Positions 1 through 9,253 of a DNA stretch of 64,000 nucleotides are shown here, piece by piece. The DNA lies in IMG/VR virus record IMGVR_UViG_3300046820_001270, positions 128,001-192,000 of that record; one strand, 5' to 3'. The notes under the pieces are model-generated. The model was not told the DNA's origin. It ran no database searches and worked only from the letters and a program-made list of their open reading frames with translations. The stretch's first letter is position 1, and each line of letters begins with the position of its first letter. Made by a program: the position numbers and the translations under genes. This DNA comes from a virus. Lineage: Duplodnaviria > Caudoviricetes.

Positions 1-79
1 CACATGAACAAACGTCTTCGTAAATTACTTTGGGAAGAAATAACAAGAGTAATTGATGAGGACATTGAAAATCAATTAA

Positions 80-298
80 ATGGTAGAGAACCTAATCCGG
101 ATATTGAAACATTTGAAACAAAATAATATGAATGTAACAAAAAACGATATTAAAGAAATTGGAATAAAATATGGTATTTTATTAAGTAATATTCAAATAA
201 ATAATATCTTTAATGAATACAATAGAGTAGTATTGGATAAAGCAGAGGATTGGGAAGATATAGTTAAAGATTTATTTATTAAACAAATAACAAAATAA
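80..298 (+). CDS. hypothetical phage protein
   Basis: 72 aa ORF in tightly packed + strand run. Confidence 0.55.
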   Translation: MVENLIRILKHLKQNNMNVTKNDIKEIGIKYGILLSNIQINNIFNEYNRVVLDKAEDWEDIVKDLFIKQITK

Positions 299-299
299 T

Positions 300-530
300 A
301 TGAAAACATTTAAGTTCCTCTCAAAGAAACAAGTTCCTATACCCAATAGATTTGCCAGTTTAAGTCCTGAGGATAGAAACATATACACAAAAGGATATTA
401 TGATGCATTTGATTGTTACCGTAATAGTCGTTCATTAGAGTCACCATACAATCCACTTGTGGAAGAATATGAGTATGAATTATGGAGAGAAGGAGTTACG
501 ATGTATGAACAAAATAATGATGTAGAATGA
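300..530 (+). CDS. small protein, MKxFKF leader, ribosome modulation factor (RMF)-like motif
   Basis: MKTFKFL start; YTKGYYDA...SPY...LWREGV parallels RMF GYxAG...CPY...WLxGW. Confidence 0.5.
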   Translation: MKTFKFLSKKQVPIPNRFASLSPEDRNIYTKGYYDAFDCYRNSRSLESPYNPLVEEYEYELWREGVTMYEQNNDVE

Positions 531-751
531 TAAAGGACTTCAAATTTTTTAATCCAGTATTATATCCAAAAGGATATTTGAAAAACGATATTGAAATATC
601 ATACTATGGTTATGGTTGGACGGCGGGAAAGAATGGATATAATTACGCGTGTGCTGATTATTTCTCACCAAGGATAAAGAAAGTGTGGTTGGCAGGATAT
701 TACAATTATTTAAGTTATAAAGAGTTCGGTAAAATACCAAGTGGAATATGA
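527..751 (+). CDS. small protein, MKxFKF leader, RMF-like motif
   Basis: MIKDFKFF start; YGYGWTAGKNG...CADY...VWLAGY. Confidence 0.55.
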   Translation: MIKDFKFFNPVLYPKGYLKNDIEISYYGYGWTAGKNGYNYACADYFSPRIKKVWLAGYYNYLSYKEFGKIPSGI

Positions 752-841
752 TATAAAAATTCAGTATAAATACTGATGTTTTATTTAAAAAAGTTGTATA
801 TTTTTGTAATATAAAAACAAATAACCATTAAAATTTAAAAC

Positions 842-1066
842 ATGATTTACTTAATTGTTACATTTATTACTATTCTATACATAATAATTGGTCTGGTGCT
901 ATTCAAAATTGATATTGATTATGGCAGCGTTATCCTAACTACAGGTTGCTTTAATGATAAAGGATTTGAATTATACTTTTTACTTTATGCTTTTTTATGG
1001 CCCGTGTTATTAGCAATAACCATAATAAGATTACCTAAATTAATTGAAATAGTTAAAAACAAATAA
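842..1066 (+). CDS. small membrane protein
   Basis: two hydrophobic segments, LWP motif. Confidence 0.6.
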   Translation: MIYLIVTFITILYIIIGLVLFKIDIDYGSVILTTGCFNDKGFELYFLLYAFLWPVLLAITIIRLPKLIEIVKNK

Positions 1067-1115
1067 CTTATGAAAACAGCAAACAAAATAAAATACTATA
1101 ATCAAAAGAAATAAC

Positions 1116-1298
1116 ATGAAAACAATAGATTTAATTAAATCAATTTTAAGGCTTGTTTCAAAACAAGAACACAGTATAGATGACGCAACAAAAGATTTAA
1201 AAGAAATTTTACAAGTTGAGAGATTTACATATTTTTTGCGTGGGTTCGTTATTGGAGGTGTTGTTGCACTATTAATTATTAATTTTTTAATAAAATAA
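1116..1298 (+). CDS. small protein with C-terminal TM helix
   Basis: GFVIGGVVALLIINFLIK hydrophobic tail. Confidence 0.55.
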   Translation: MKTIDLIKSILRLVSKQEHSIDDATKDLKEILQVERFTYFLRGFVIGGVVALLIINFLIK

Positions 1299-1301
1299 CC
1301 T

Positions 1302-1574
1302 ATGAAACTAAAAGAATTAAAACTTATCAACCCATTTCATATAGAATTACACCAAAGCGGACACGGTGAATTTCCAGATTCATATAAAATAACCAACGAA
1401 GGTGTGAAAGCAATATTAGATGCAGTTAGTGGTGATGATAAATTGATACAACATATCAGAAAAGAAACGGGAATGAATAAAACCGATATTAAAGATGCAT
1501 TAACTGATAGCAAAGAAGATATTGCAAACGTAATTTCAAATTGGTATAGAACCCACGGTAAAAAAACATCTTAA
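1302..1574 (+). CDS. hypothetical protein
   Basis: 90 aa ORF, contiguous with neighbours. Confidence 0.6.
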   Translation: MKLKELKLINPFHIELHQSGHGEFPDSYKITNEGVKAILDAVSGDDKLIQHIRKETGMNKTDIKDALTDSKEDIANVISNWYRTHGKKTS

Positions 1575-1577
1575 AAA

Positions 1578-1910
1578 ATGAAAGGATTTAAATTCTTCAA
1601 AGATAACTTAAACGAATTAAACATTTTTTGTTTTAATTCTGAAGAATATGAAGATGTGGTTGCCAATTTAATAGTACAACAAATTGTAAATGGTTCAAAT
1701 GTTACCGATGCATCACTTATCTTCACTGATGTTCTTACCTCACATAATAGTGAAGTAAGAATATTGCAAGTTGAATCTTTGGTTGATTACTTTAGAATTC
1801 ATTATAGAGTATTAGATTTTGTTAGTAGAACATCAACCAGATATATTAACGAATTTGATTATAGAACAATAAATCGTTTAGTGGATGATGCGAGACTTCA
1901 AATTTTTTAG
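1578..1910 (+). CDS. hypothetical protein, MKxFKF leader family
   Basis: starts MKGFKFFKD. Confidence 0.65.
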   Translation: MKGFKFFKDNLNELNIFCFNSEEYEDVVANLIVQQIVNGSNVTDASLIFTDVLTSHNSEVRILQVESLVDYFRIHYRVLDFVSRTSTRYINEFDYRTINRLVDDARLQIF

Positions 1911-2328
1911 ACCTAACGAAACAAGAATAAATTGGCAACTAACTGGTTTGTTAGATGATGCAACAAATGTTCCATTATTGATTGGTGTATTAGACATCAC
2001 ATACAAATATATTCAGGATAATAATCTAATGGATAATGACAGGGTTAAAAATATATTGATTATTGTTATGACCAAATTATATAGGGACAAATATAATTCT
2101 TATAGTGATTATGATATTAGACGTAAGATTGATGAGATTGCAACTTATATGAATAGTGTGGCGGTTAGAAGAATGGTTCAGGAAATTCAAGCAAATGCGT
2201 TTATGACAGTTGATATTGAAGCGGAAACAAATCATATTATTTATGAACGATGTAAATGGGATGAAGATACGGTAGGAGAAGTATTCCACACCAACGCTGA
2301 CATAACTTTAACATTTAGAAATGATTAA
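1885..2328 (+). CDS. hypothetical protein, MKxFKF leader family
   Basis: starts MMRDFKFFRP. Confidence 0.65.
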   Translation: MMRDFKFFRPNETRINWQLTGLLDDATNVPLLIGVLDITYKYIQDNNLMDNDRVKNILIIVMTKLYRDKYNSYSDYDIRRKIDEIATYMNSVAVRRMVQEIQANAFMTVDIEAETNHIIYERCKWDEDTVGEVFHTNADITLTFRND

Positions 2329-2689
2329 ACCATTCAAGTTCTTCCAAAAGAATATAAAGAGAAAATGGTATTTGAGGAGTGATTACCTTGGTCAAATACA
2401 ATGGATGTATAGGCCTGTGGGTGTAATATTCTATATGGAAAATAGATGGGATGGAAATTTTTATACCGAGGAATTAAAGACGATGACGGTGACAGTTACA
2501 AATAGATATATCAATTCATACAATCATTTTATGGAAATGAGTAGAGATAAGATTATATTTGTATATGAATTCGTGGACAACACAAATATAAGTAATATGA
2601 TACATTACAACGAAGATAATTTTGATGACATGCCAAAGGATAGACCACTAATATTCAGAGGAGTAATAAGAGACAATGAAACCATTTAA
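2321..2689 (+). CDS. hypothetical protein, MKxFKF leader family
   Basis: starts MIKPFKFFQK. Confidence 0.65.
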   Translation: MIKPFKFFQKNIKRKWYLRSDYLGQIQWMYRPVGVIFYMENRWDGNFYTEELKTMTVTVTNRYINSYNHFMEMSRDKIIFVYEFVDNTNISNMIHYNEDNFDDMPKDRPLIFRGVIRDNETI

Positions 2690-2882
2690 ATTCCTCCAAA
2701 GCGAAAAAGATATACCAACACCACAGGATATAAGGAATAGTCCGTGGTTGAGAGGTGTATTTAGACAGGGATGGAACGCAAGATCACAAGGTATTGATAG
2801 TCCACCACCCGAATATAGAGTTTCCCGTAGAACATTGAATGCGTGGTATCAGGGATATTGGGCCTCACAATATAGAGGTTAG
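2676..2882 (+). CDS. small protein, MKxFKF leader, RMF-like motif
   Basis: MKPFKFLQ start; FRQGWNARSQG...PEY...AWYQGYW. Confidence 0.55.
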   Translation: MKPFKFLQSEKDIPTPQDIRNSPWLRGVFRQGWNARSQGIDSPPPEYRVSRRTLNAWYQGYWASQYRG

Positions 2883-2897
2883 ACATATTTATATACA

Positions 2898-4022
2898 ATG
2901 AAGTTTTTAGATCTAATAAACGAAGACGAACAATCCGAATGGAACAAATTGTTTAAGAAAACCCAATTGGTTTTTAAAACGTTGAGGAAGGGGAGAATAC
3001 GCACACATTCGAATGTGGTCTTTAGTTATGAAATACCAGAAGATAGTCATATAAGTGTTGCTAGTTCACATGGTAAGGATGACCTCACAGCCTATATTAT
3101 GTGTGAAAAAATTAAGATAAAAGAAGAATCTAAAGAATGTTCTCATGTGTCTTTTGGTAAGTTTGGTGAATTGATTAAAAGAAAGTTTGATCATTTTGGT
3201 ATAATGTTTATTTTTAACGTTTACCCTGAAGATATTGAGAAATACAAACACGAGACCATTAATGAAGTTTTAGACCATCAGGACGAAGAAAGTACAAACT
3301 TAACCGATGACCAATTAAAACAATTAAAGAGAGCTAAAACGGTATACAAAGCTTTAAAGAAAGGAAAGGCCACCTTTAATTTAGCATCTTCATTTGATGA
3401 ACCAGATGAACATACAATAAAATATGAATTAGGTGATCCTTATTATTATTGGATATATGTTGCAGGTACCAATACATTTAGAATAGAAATATCAAAAATT
3501 ACAGTTTATATTGATACTCGTGAATTCTACGAAAGGGCCATTAGTAAAGAAATAATTAAAGGAAGTTATAAAACGATGGAATGGATATTACTTCATAATC
3601 TAATTGCTCCACGTGTTAGAAAGAGATTTGGAAATAATGATATTGAGATAAGAATTGCCGATGCAGATTTAAAGTTTGAATATGTTGAACCACAACCCAT
3701 TAATGAGGACAAAGATAGAAGAATAAAAAGAGCACATACAATATACAAAGCACATAAAAAAGGTTTATTAAACAAAGGTGAACATGGTAATGTTAGATAT
3801 GAATTACCCGATGTATATGATGTTAGATTAAGATCATTAGATGATCAAATGATTATTGAGGTGGGATATGAGGGAGACGATAATGAGGTAAAGTTTTATT
3901 TTGGACCTAATGAAGATGGTAAGTATAAACTTACAAAACCAGGACCAAAATATTATGGACCATTTATAGAGAGATTATCTGATAAGTTTTTTGAACCATA
4001 CGATATAAAATTAATTTTTTAA
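2898..4022 (+). CDS. three-repeat 'KAKTVYKALKKG' family protein with MKxLDxINE leader
   Basis: three internal repeats each following an INE; TATTTATA just upstream. Confidence 0.75.
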   Translation: MKFLDLINEDEQSEWNKLFKKTQLVFKTLRKGRIRTHSNVVFSYEIPEDSHISVASSHGKDDLTAYIMCEKIKIKEESKECSHVSFGKFGELIKRKFDHFGIMFIFNVYPEDIEKYKHETINEVLDHQDEESTNLTDDQLKQLKRAKTVYKALKKGKATFNLASSFDEPDEHTIKYELGDPYYYWIYVAGTNTFRIEISKITVYIDTREFYERAISKEIIKGSYKTMEWILLHNLIAPRVRKRFGNNDIEIRIADADLKFEYVEPQPINEDKDRRIKRAHTIYKAHKKGLLNKGEHGNVRYELPDVYDVRLRSLDDQMIIEVGYEGDDNEVKFYFGPNEDGKYKLTKPGPKYYGPFIERLSDKFFEPYDIKLIF

Positions 4023-4738
4023 TGAAGTTATTGGATATCATATTAGAAGACGAGAATAAGGAAAAACTTATTAAGAAAGCCAAGACAATATACAAAGGTG
4101 TTAAGACCGGAGTTGTTCGTAAAGGTGTGTTCGGTAAAGTTGTATACGTACTCCCTGATGTATATGATGTTCAAATAGATATACATGATGAGATCTTTAT
4201 TAAGGTTGGAGGTAATAGAACAGAGAATGGAGTTAAATTCTATTATGTGGATGATACAGATGGTGAAATGAAACCATTAAGAGTAAATCCTACAGAATAT
4301 CAATTAAACATAAAAAGAATTGAAAACAAAAAATTTACACCATTCGGAATATATTTGTGGTATGAAGAAAGTGATAATTGGGAGAAACCTGAAGTTGTGA
4401 ATGAAAATGAAGATAGTGATCGTACAAGAAAGAGAGTTAAGAATGTTTATCATGCATTAAAGAAAGGGATTGTACACAGGAATGAAAGTGGTATAATATA
4501 TTACGAACTACCTGATGAATATGATTATAAGGAGAAAGGTTATGGAGATCCTCCTTTTCCTGTGGTGTTTGTGGGAAATCATCATCATGAAAATAGTATA
4601 AGGTTTTTCCAACAAGATTACAACACAAGTAAAGAAGATAGAAGAGAATTAGATATACCGGCATATGAATACAATACATTACTTGCTCGAATAGGTGTGT
4701 TGTTCGATAAATTTAATATAAGTTTCCAAAGATATTAA
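4022..4738 (+). CDS. two-repeat 'KAKTVYKALKKG' family protein
   Basis: MKLLDIILE leader; KKAKTIYKGVKTG and KRVKNVYHALKKG repeats. Confidence 0.75.
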   Translation: MKLLDIILEDENKEKLIKKAKTIYKGVKTGVVRKGVFGKVVYVLPDVYDVQIDIHDEIFIKVGGNRTENGVKFYYVDDTDGEMKPLRVNPTEYQLNIKRIENKKFTPFGIYLWYEESDNWEKPEVVNENEDSDRTRKRVKNVYHALKKGIVHRNESGIIYYELPDEYDYKEKGYGDPPFPVVFVGNHHHENSIRFFQQDYNTSKEDRRELDIPAYEYNTLLARIGVLFDKFNISFQRY

Positions 4739-4739
4739 T

Positions 4740-5144
4740 ATGAAACTATTAGATATAATAAACGAAAACGAAGATAAAAAAAGAAAGAAGATTAGGGCCG
4801 TATTTAAAGCACTTGATAAAAAGGTATTTCGTAAGGTTCACATACGTAAGATATTTTACGTTCTTCCCGATCATTATAAGGTTTTAGGGGACAATGAACC
4901 GGGACTTGACCAATACAAACGTAAAAGACGTTATGGTGATGACGTTATATTTGTTCAAGTGGGGCACGATGGTGAGAATAATCAGGTTAAGTTCTTCTAT
5001 ACAACAGAAGGGGAGGATAAAATAGAAAGGTATATACCAAATAATATTGATCAGTATAGTGCTAATTTATCATTTGTTAATGATAAATTCAAACCATTTA
5101 ATATACGAATGGTTTTTAAACGTCATAATGGTGAATGGGAATAA
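4740..5144 (+). CDS. single-repeat 'KAKTVYKALKKG' family protein
   Basis: MKLLDIINE leader; KKIRAVFKAL...DKFKPFNI. Confidence 0.7.
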   Translation: MKLLDIINENEDKKRKKIRAVFKALDKKVFRKVHIRKIFYVLPDHYKVLGDNEPGLDQYKRKRRYGDDVIFVQVGHDGENNQVKFFYTTEGEDKIERYIPNNIDQYSANLSFVNDKFKPFNIRMVFKRHNGEWE

Positions 5145-5180
5145 ATTATAAAGGGTTCTAATAAGGACCTTTTTTTATGA

Positions 5181-5311
5181 CCCACCCAACCGCGAACGGG
5201 ACTTCCGGCGCCCGAGATCCAACTATATCTATTTACATATAAATCACTTTATAATATCTTTATTATATCCAAAAACATATAATTTCTAAAGCGACTGGAG
5301 CTCCTCAGTCC
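5181..5311. repeat. ~130 bp intergenic dispersed repeat, copy 1
   Basis: GGGACTTCCGGCG..GAGATCCAA and TATAATTTCTAAAGCGACTGGAGYTCCTCAGTCC shared with 6747-6951. Confidence 0.8.
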
Positions 5312-5349
5312 TTTAATTATATTATCAATTAATGGGATATTTATTTAAG

Positions 5350-6468
5350 ATGAAGTTTATAGACACATTTACTGAGGACGATAGGAAGAAGTTAATCAAG
5401 AAGGCCAAGTTAGTCTTTTCTGTATTAAAGAAAGGAACAATTACCCGTTCAGATGGTGTGTCATTTAGTTACATACTCGGGGATAATATGAAACCAATCG
5501 TAGTAGATGGTGAGATAGAGATTTTTGCATTCATTTCCAAGATAATAGAAAAAACTTATTGTCCATTAAGTATACATGCGATTAAAGAATTAATTATTAA
5601 GAAATTCGAACATTTCAATATCAATGCAGAATTTTATAATACTGACAACACTCAGATAGAGAAATACCAAGGAAAGAAACCGTGGGAGAAGGACGAACTA
5701 AACGAAGAGGGAAGATTAGTTAAGAAGCAGGACCCAAATGAGGAAAAGAGGGTAAAAACCATTTTTAAAGCATTTAGAAAGGGAGTGATAAAGGTTCAAC
5801 ACCCAAGAACAAACGAGATCATCAAGTTTAGATATTATATAAATGATCCTGTATTTTTTACATGGGAATATTATAATATGATGGAACAACAACTTACCAT
5901 TATTACCAACAACTTCCCTGGTGAAGGTATAACCATTTACTGTGATGATAAAGATGTGGTAGACAAATGTACAAACGATATAGAATCCATATCAAAGAAC
6001 CCAACGGGTATCCATCTGAGGGAAATGTTTATGAATAAACTTAAAAGAAAATTCGACAATTTAGATGTTAGTTTTTATATTAATAAAAAAGGTATGAAGT
6101 TTGTTTTAGGTGAACCAACTGAACTAAACGAAGAGAAGGACAACAATCTTACCGAAAAGAACAGGAAGAAGATAGAACTTATCTATGGTTTATTTAAGAC
6201 GGGGAAGTATAAGGTAGATGATTTAATATACACATATGTTCTTCCCGATGACTACTGGACATCAAATGATGATGAATCGGGGGAACTTATTATTGTTCTT
6301 ACCATGAACCCACAACAGAGGATGAAACTATATGCAACGATGGATAATGGTAATCTAAGTATAAGTCCCGGAACGGAAGTGGAAACACAATACCATCATT
6401 TACACAATAATGCAAAGGAAAGGATTAAAAAGAAGTTTGCAAGGTTTGGTATAGATATAATATTTTAG
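5350..6468 (+). CDS. three-repeat 'KAKTVYKALKKG' family protein
   Basis: MKFIDTFTE start after GATATTTAT motif; three repeats separated by LNE. Confidence 0.75.
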   Translation: MKFIDTFTEDDRKKLIKKAKLVFSVLKKGTITRSDGVSFSYILGDNMKPIVVDGEIEIFAFISKIIEKTYCPLSIHAIKELIIKKFEHFNINAEFYNTDNTQIEKYQGKKPWEKDELNEEGRLVKKQDPNEEKRVKTIFKAFRKGVIKVQHPRTNEIIKFRYYINDPVFFTWEYYNMMEQQLTIITNNFPGEGITIYCDDKDVVDKCTNDIESISKNPTGIHLREMFMNKLKRKFDNLDVSFYINKKGMKFVLGEPTELNEEKDNNLTEKNRKKIELIYGLFKTGKYKVDDLIYTYVLPDDYWTSNDDESGELIIVLTMNPQQRMKLYATMDNGNLSISPGTEVETQYHHLHNNAKERIKKKFARFGIDIIF

Positions 6469-6500
6469 GATATTCCAAATCATACTAGTATATTTGTGGT

Positions 6501-6746
6501 ATGAAAATACCTATTCAACTATCATTCAAGTTATTCAACGAGACAACGTCCATTAAGACAACCGTGGAGGACCTCCATATAGGAAAGACGATGGATATGT
6601 ATAAGAACATTATGGTACCCCTATTCGGGGAGGAATCCTATGAAAACACCATACTTCAACTTGCCAATAGAATAAAGGACAAAAGGAATAAGGACCCCTA
6701 TATGTGGAGGTTTTTTAAATGGATGGATAAGTTCTTCAAGGAATGA
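6501..6746 (+). CDS. hypothetical protein
   Basis: 81 aa ORF; TATATTTG (-7-like element) immediately upstream. Confidence 0.6.
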   Translation: MKIPIQLSFKLFNETTSIKTTVEDLHIGKTMDMYKNIMVPLFGEESYENTILQLANRIKDKRNKDPYMWRFFKWMDKFFKE

Positions 6747-6951
6747 CCCCAACCACCGTGAATGGGACTTCCGGCGTCGGAGATCCAATGTAGGATATAT
6801 CATGCACTAACCACAAATAACCATATTAATGCACGAGAAAACCGGCACACGAGATCCAATACTATATGACTTTACATATAATAACCATTATACTTTACAT
6901 ATTATATCCAAATAGATATAATTTCTAAAGCGACTGGAGTTCCTCAGTCCG
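6747..6951. repeat. intergenic dispersed repeat, copy 2 (with internal duplication)
   Basis: matches 5181-5311; CCGGC..GAGATCCAA block occurs twice. Confidence 0.8.
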
Positions 6952-7028
6952 TTAGTGGTATTATATATGTGGATAAGTTTACGGGGGATTGTTTTTATTT
7001 ACAAAATATCTTATCTATACTTAATAAC

Positions 7029-7559
7029 ATGACAAAGTTATGTAAAAAGTGTAATAAAGAGTTCACACCTATCAAAGGGTATGTTAATTATTGTGGACCG
7101 AAATGTAGAAGTGGTAGGGAACAAACCCCTCAGATGTTAGAAAAGAAGAGTATTGCCAATAAGAAACACTGGAAAGATGGTGGGGTATTCAGAAATATGG
7201 ACTGGGATGTGCTAAATAACCGACCTGAGAAGATTAAGGTTACATTAGAGGTATGGTTCCTTAAAGCGGAACAAAGAGTATTAAACGGGGAACAACTCAA
7301 TAATGAGACCACAAAGAAGTATCTAATAGAGAAACACGGTCATAAGTGTTGGGGATGTGGAGCAACTGAATGGCAGGGGGAAAAACTACACTTAGAAATG
7401 GATCATATAGATGGAAATAATAAGAATAATGATATTAACAATATAAGGATACTTTGTCCTAACTGTCATAGTATAACTCCAACATGGAGATATAAGAACA
7501 TTAAGAATAAAAAGGATAACCCTAAAGCTAAAGGTCTAAGGTCAGGATATAATTTATAA
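7029..7559 (+). CDS. HNH endonuclease
   Basis: CWGC...LEMDHIDGNNKNN...LCPNCH; N-terminal CxxC...C zinc motif; likely start M at 7029. Confidence 0.85.
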   Translation: MTKLCKKCNKEFTPIKGYVNYCGPKCRSGREQTPQMLEKKSIANKKHWKDGGVFRNMDWDVLNNRPEKIKVTLEVWFLKAEQRVLNGEQLNNETTKKYLIEKHGHKCWGCGATEWQGEKLHLEMDHIDGNNKNNDINNIRILCPNCHSITPTWRYKNIKNKKDNPKAKGLRSGYNL

Positions 7560-7605
7560 GAGTAGACTTCAATATTATATAGGAATATGTTATATTCTAT
7601 ATAAG

Positions 7606-8202
7606 ATGAAAAAGAAAGACATATATAGAAAAGAAGTAGAAGTAGGAAAGAAATATAATAAGCTATTGATTACAGAAATATCACACCATGATAGTAACAA
7701 TATTCTATGGGTATGGACACTATGCGATTGTGGTACTGTAAGGAAGAAAATGGGTATGGCTGTAGTAAATGGAACCACAAAGGATTGTGGATGTAGTAAA
7801 CCAAAACTCACTCGTGAAGAAAAGGAACTACTACCTGACTGTTGGTATGAGATGAAGAACATCATACTCATATATAAGAGACATGCAAGAGATAGGGGAT
7901 ATGAGTTTAACCTTACAGATGAACATGTACTTGATCTTATACAACAAAATTGTTTCTATTGTGGAATACCTCCGAGTAATTTTAGAAAGAGATCTACTAA
8001 GTACGTAAAGAAAGATACGAGTTTTTATTATAACGGAATTGATAGGATAGATGGTGAACCTTTCTATAATGAAGATAACACCGTTACTTGTTGTAGTAAG
8101 TGCAACACTGCCAAGAGTGATATGAACCAGAAGGAGTTCATGGATTGGATTAGTAGGTTAGTTGGACATCAGATTGAGACAGATAATATTGGAGTAATAT
8201 AA
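7606..8202 (+). CDS. HNH-type homing endonuclease-like protein
   Basis: CDCG..CGC N-terminal module; CFYCG...GIDRID...CCSKCNTAK. Confidence 0.8.
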   Translation: MKKKDIYRKEVEVGKKYNKLLITEISHHDSNNILWVWTLCDCGTVRKKMGMAVVNGTTKDCGCSKPKLTREEKELLPDCWYEMKNIILIYKRHARDRGYEFNLTDEHVLDLIQQNCFYCGIPPSNFRKRSTKYVKKDTSFYYNGIDRIDGEPFYNEDNTVTCCSKCNTAKSDMNQKEFMDWISRLVGHQIETDNIGVI

Positions 8203-8206
8203 AGAT

Positions 8207-8515
8207 ATGGCAAGGAAACAATTTCAGAAGATGGTTAAGGAATGGAAGGAGTGTGGTCCTAAGGAGGTATTTGAGGGTGTAAGGGATAACTTCATCTTCG
8301 GGTTCTTGGGAGCCATGATCATTGTATTCGTTTCTACCCGTACAGACATCATGGTCCTTGTTGGATATCTATCTTATTACTTCTTCATGGGAAGGATTGT
8401 TAATCGTCCTAAGTATGTTACCGATCTTGGTAAGATGATTGTGTTCCCTATCCCTTCAGCACTCGGAGCCTTCACAGGGTATAAATTGTCCATGATATTA
8501 CAGAGTTTATTGTAG
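8207..8515 (+). CDS. small membrane protein
   Basis: three hydrophobic segments. Confidence 0.65.
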   Translation: MARKQFQKMVKEWKECGPKEVFEGVRDNFIFGFLGAMIIVFVSTRTDIMVLVGYLSYYFFMGRIVNRPKYVTDLGKMIVFPIPSALGAFTGYKLSMILQSLL

Positions 8516-9253
8516 TATGTCTCCGACATCCGTGTCGGGAACATCCTGTTTATCCCCCGAAGGACCCGTTAGGGTCCGCAGTAATCGGTACAAATATAGT
8601 ACAAAAATCCCACCTTTAGACCCCTGAAAATTACCCCTAATTTATCCCCGATATTGACCCCTGTAGAGGGGTTTTATTTGTACCTTTTTATCGTAGGGTT
8701 TAAATTGGTCTAATAATCCCACTTTTACTAATATTTATTGATTGTAGATATCCCAGCGTCATTTTGGGGAGAAAGTGGGGAAAAGTGGTAGTATGTGGGG
8801 ATTGACCCTCGACCGAAGTAAGGACCATATCCTAAAAAATTTGAATATATAACTGTAATACGGGGTCCTTCGGACCCCTTCAGGTCTGTCATAGTGTCAT
8901 ATATAGTTATATATAATAACCCTTTATATATGTAATACGGTGATCTGTAATACCTTACATTCTATTTAACATAAAGTACGTTATAGGTTCACAAGTTATC
9001 CACATTACTGACCCTTGTCATACACCCTGAAGGGACGACCGTAGGATCGTCCCGTAATACTTGCCAAACAATATCAGGGAAATTAATGTTTAACCATTTA
9101 AGTGTAATACTTACACAAAACTTGCCAAACAATATTACAGGTCTTTTGGGCCAAACACATTTGTCCGTCATACATCCGTTCGTCTACGGTAATACATAAA
9201 ACCTGAAGGGGACCCTATGGGTCCCCGAAAGTAAGCTTATTATGTAATACGAA
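8516..9253. other. non-coding convergent junction with GC-rich hairpins and GTAATAC repeats
   Basis: no credible ORF; hairpins GGACCCGTTAGGGTCC, GGGGTCCTTCGGACCCC, GGGGACCCTATGGGTCCCC; strand switch. Confidence 0.55.
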
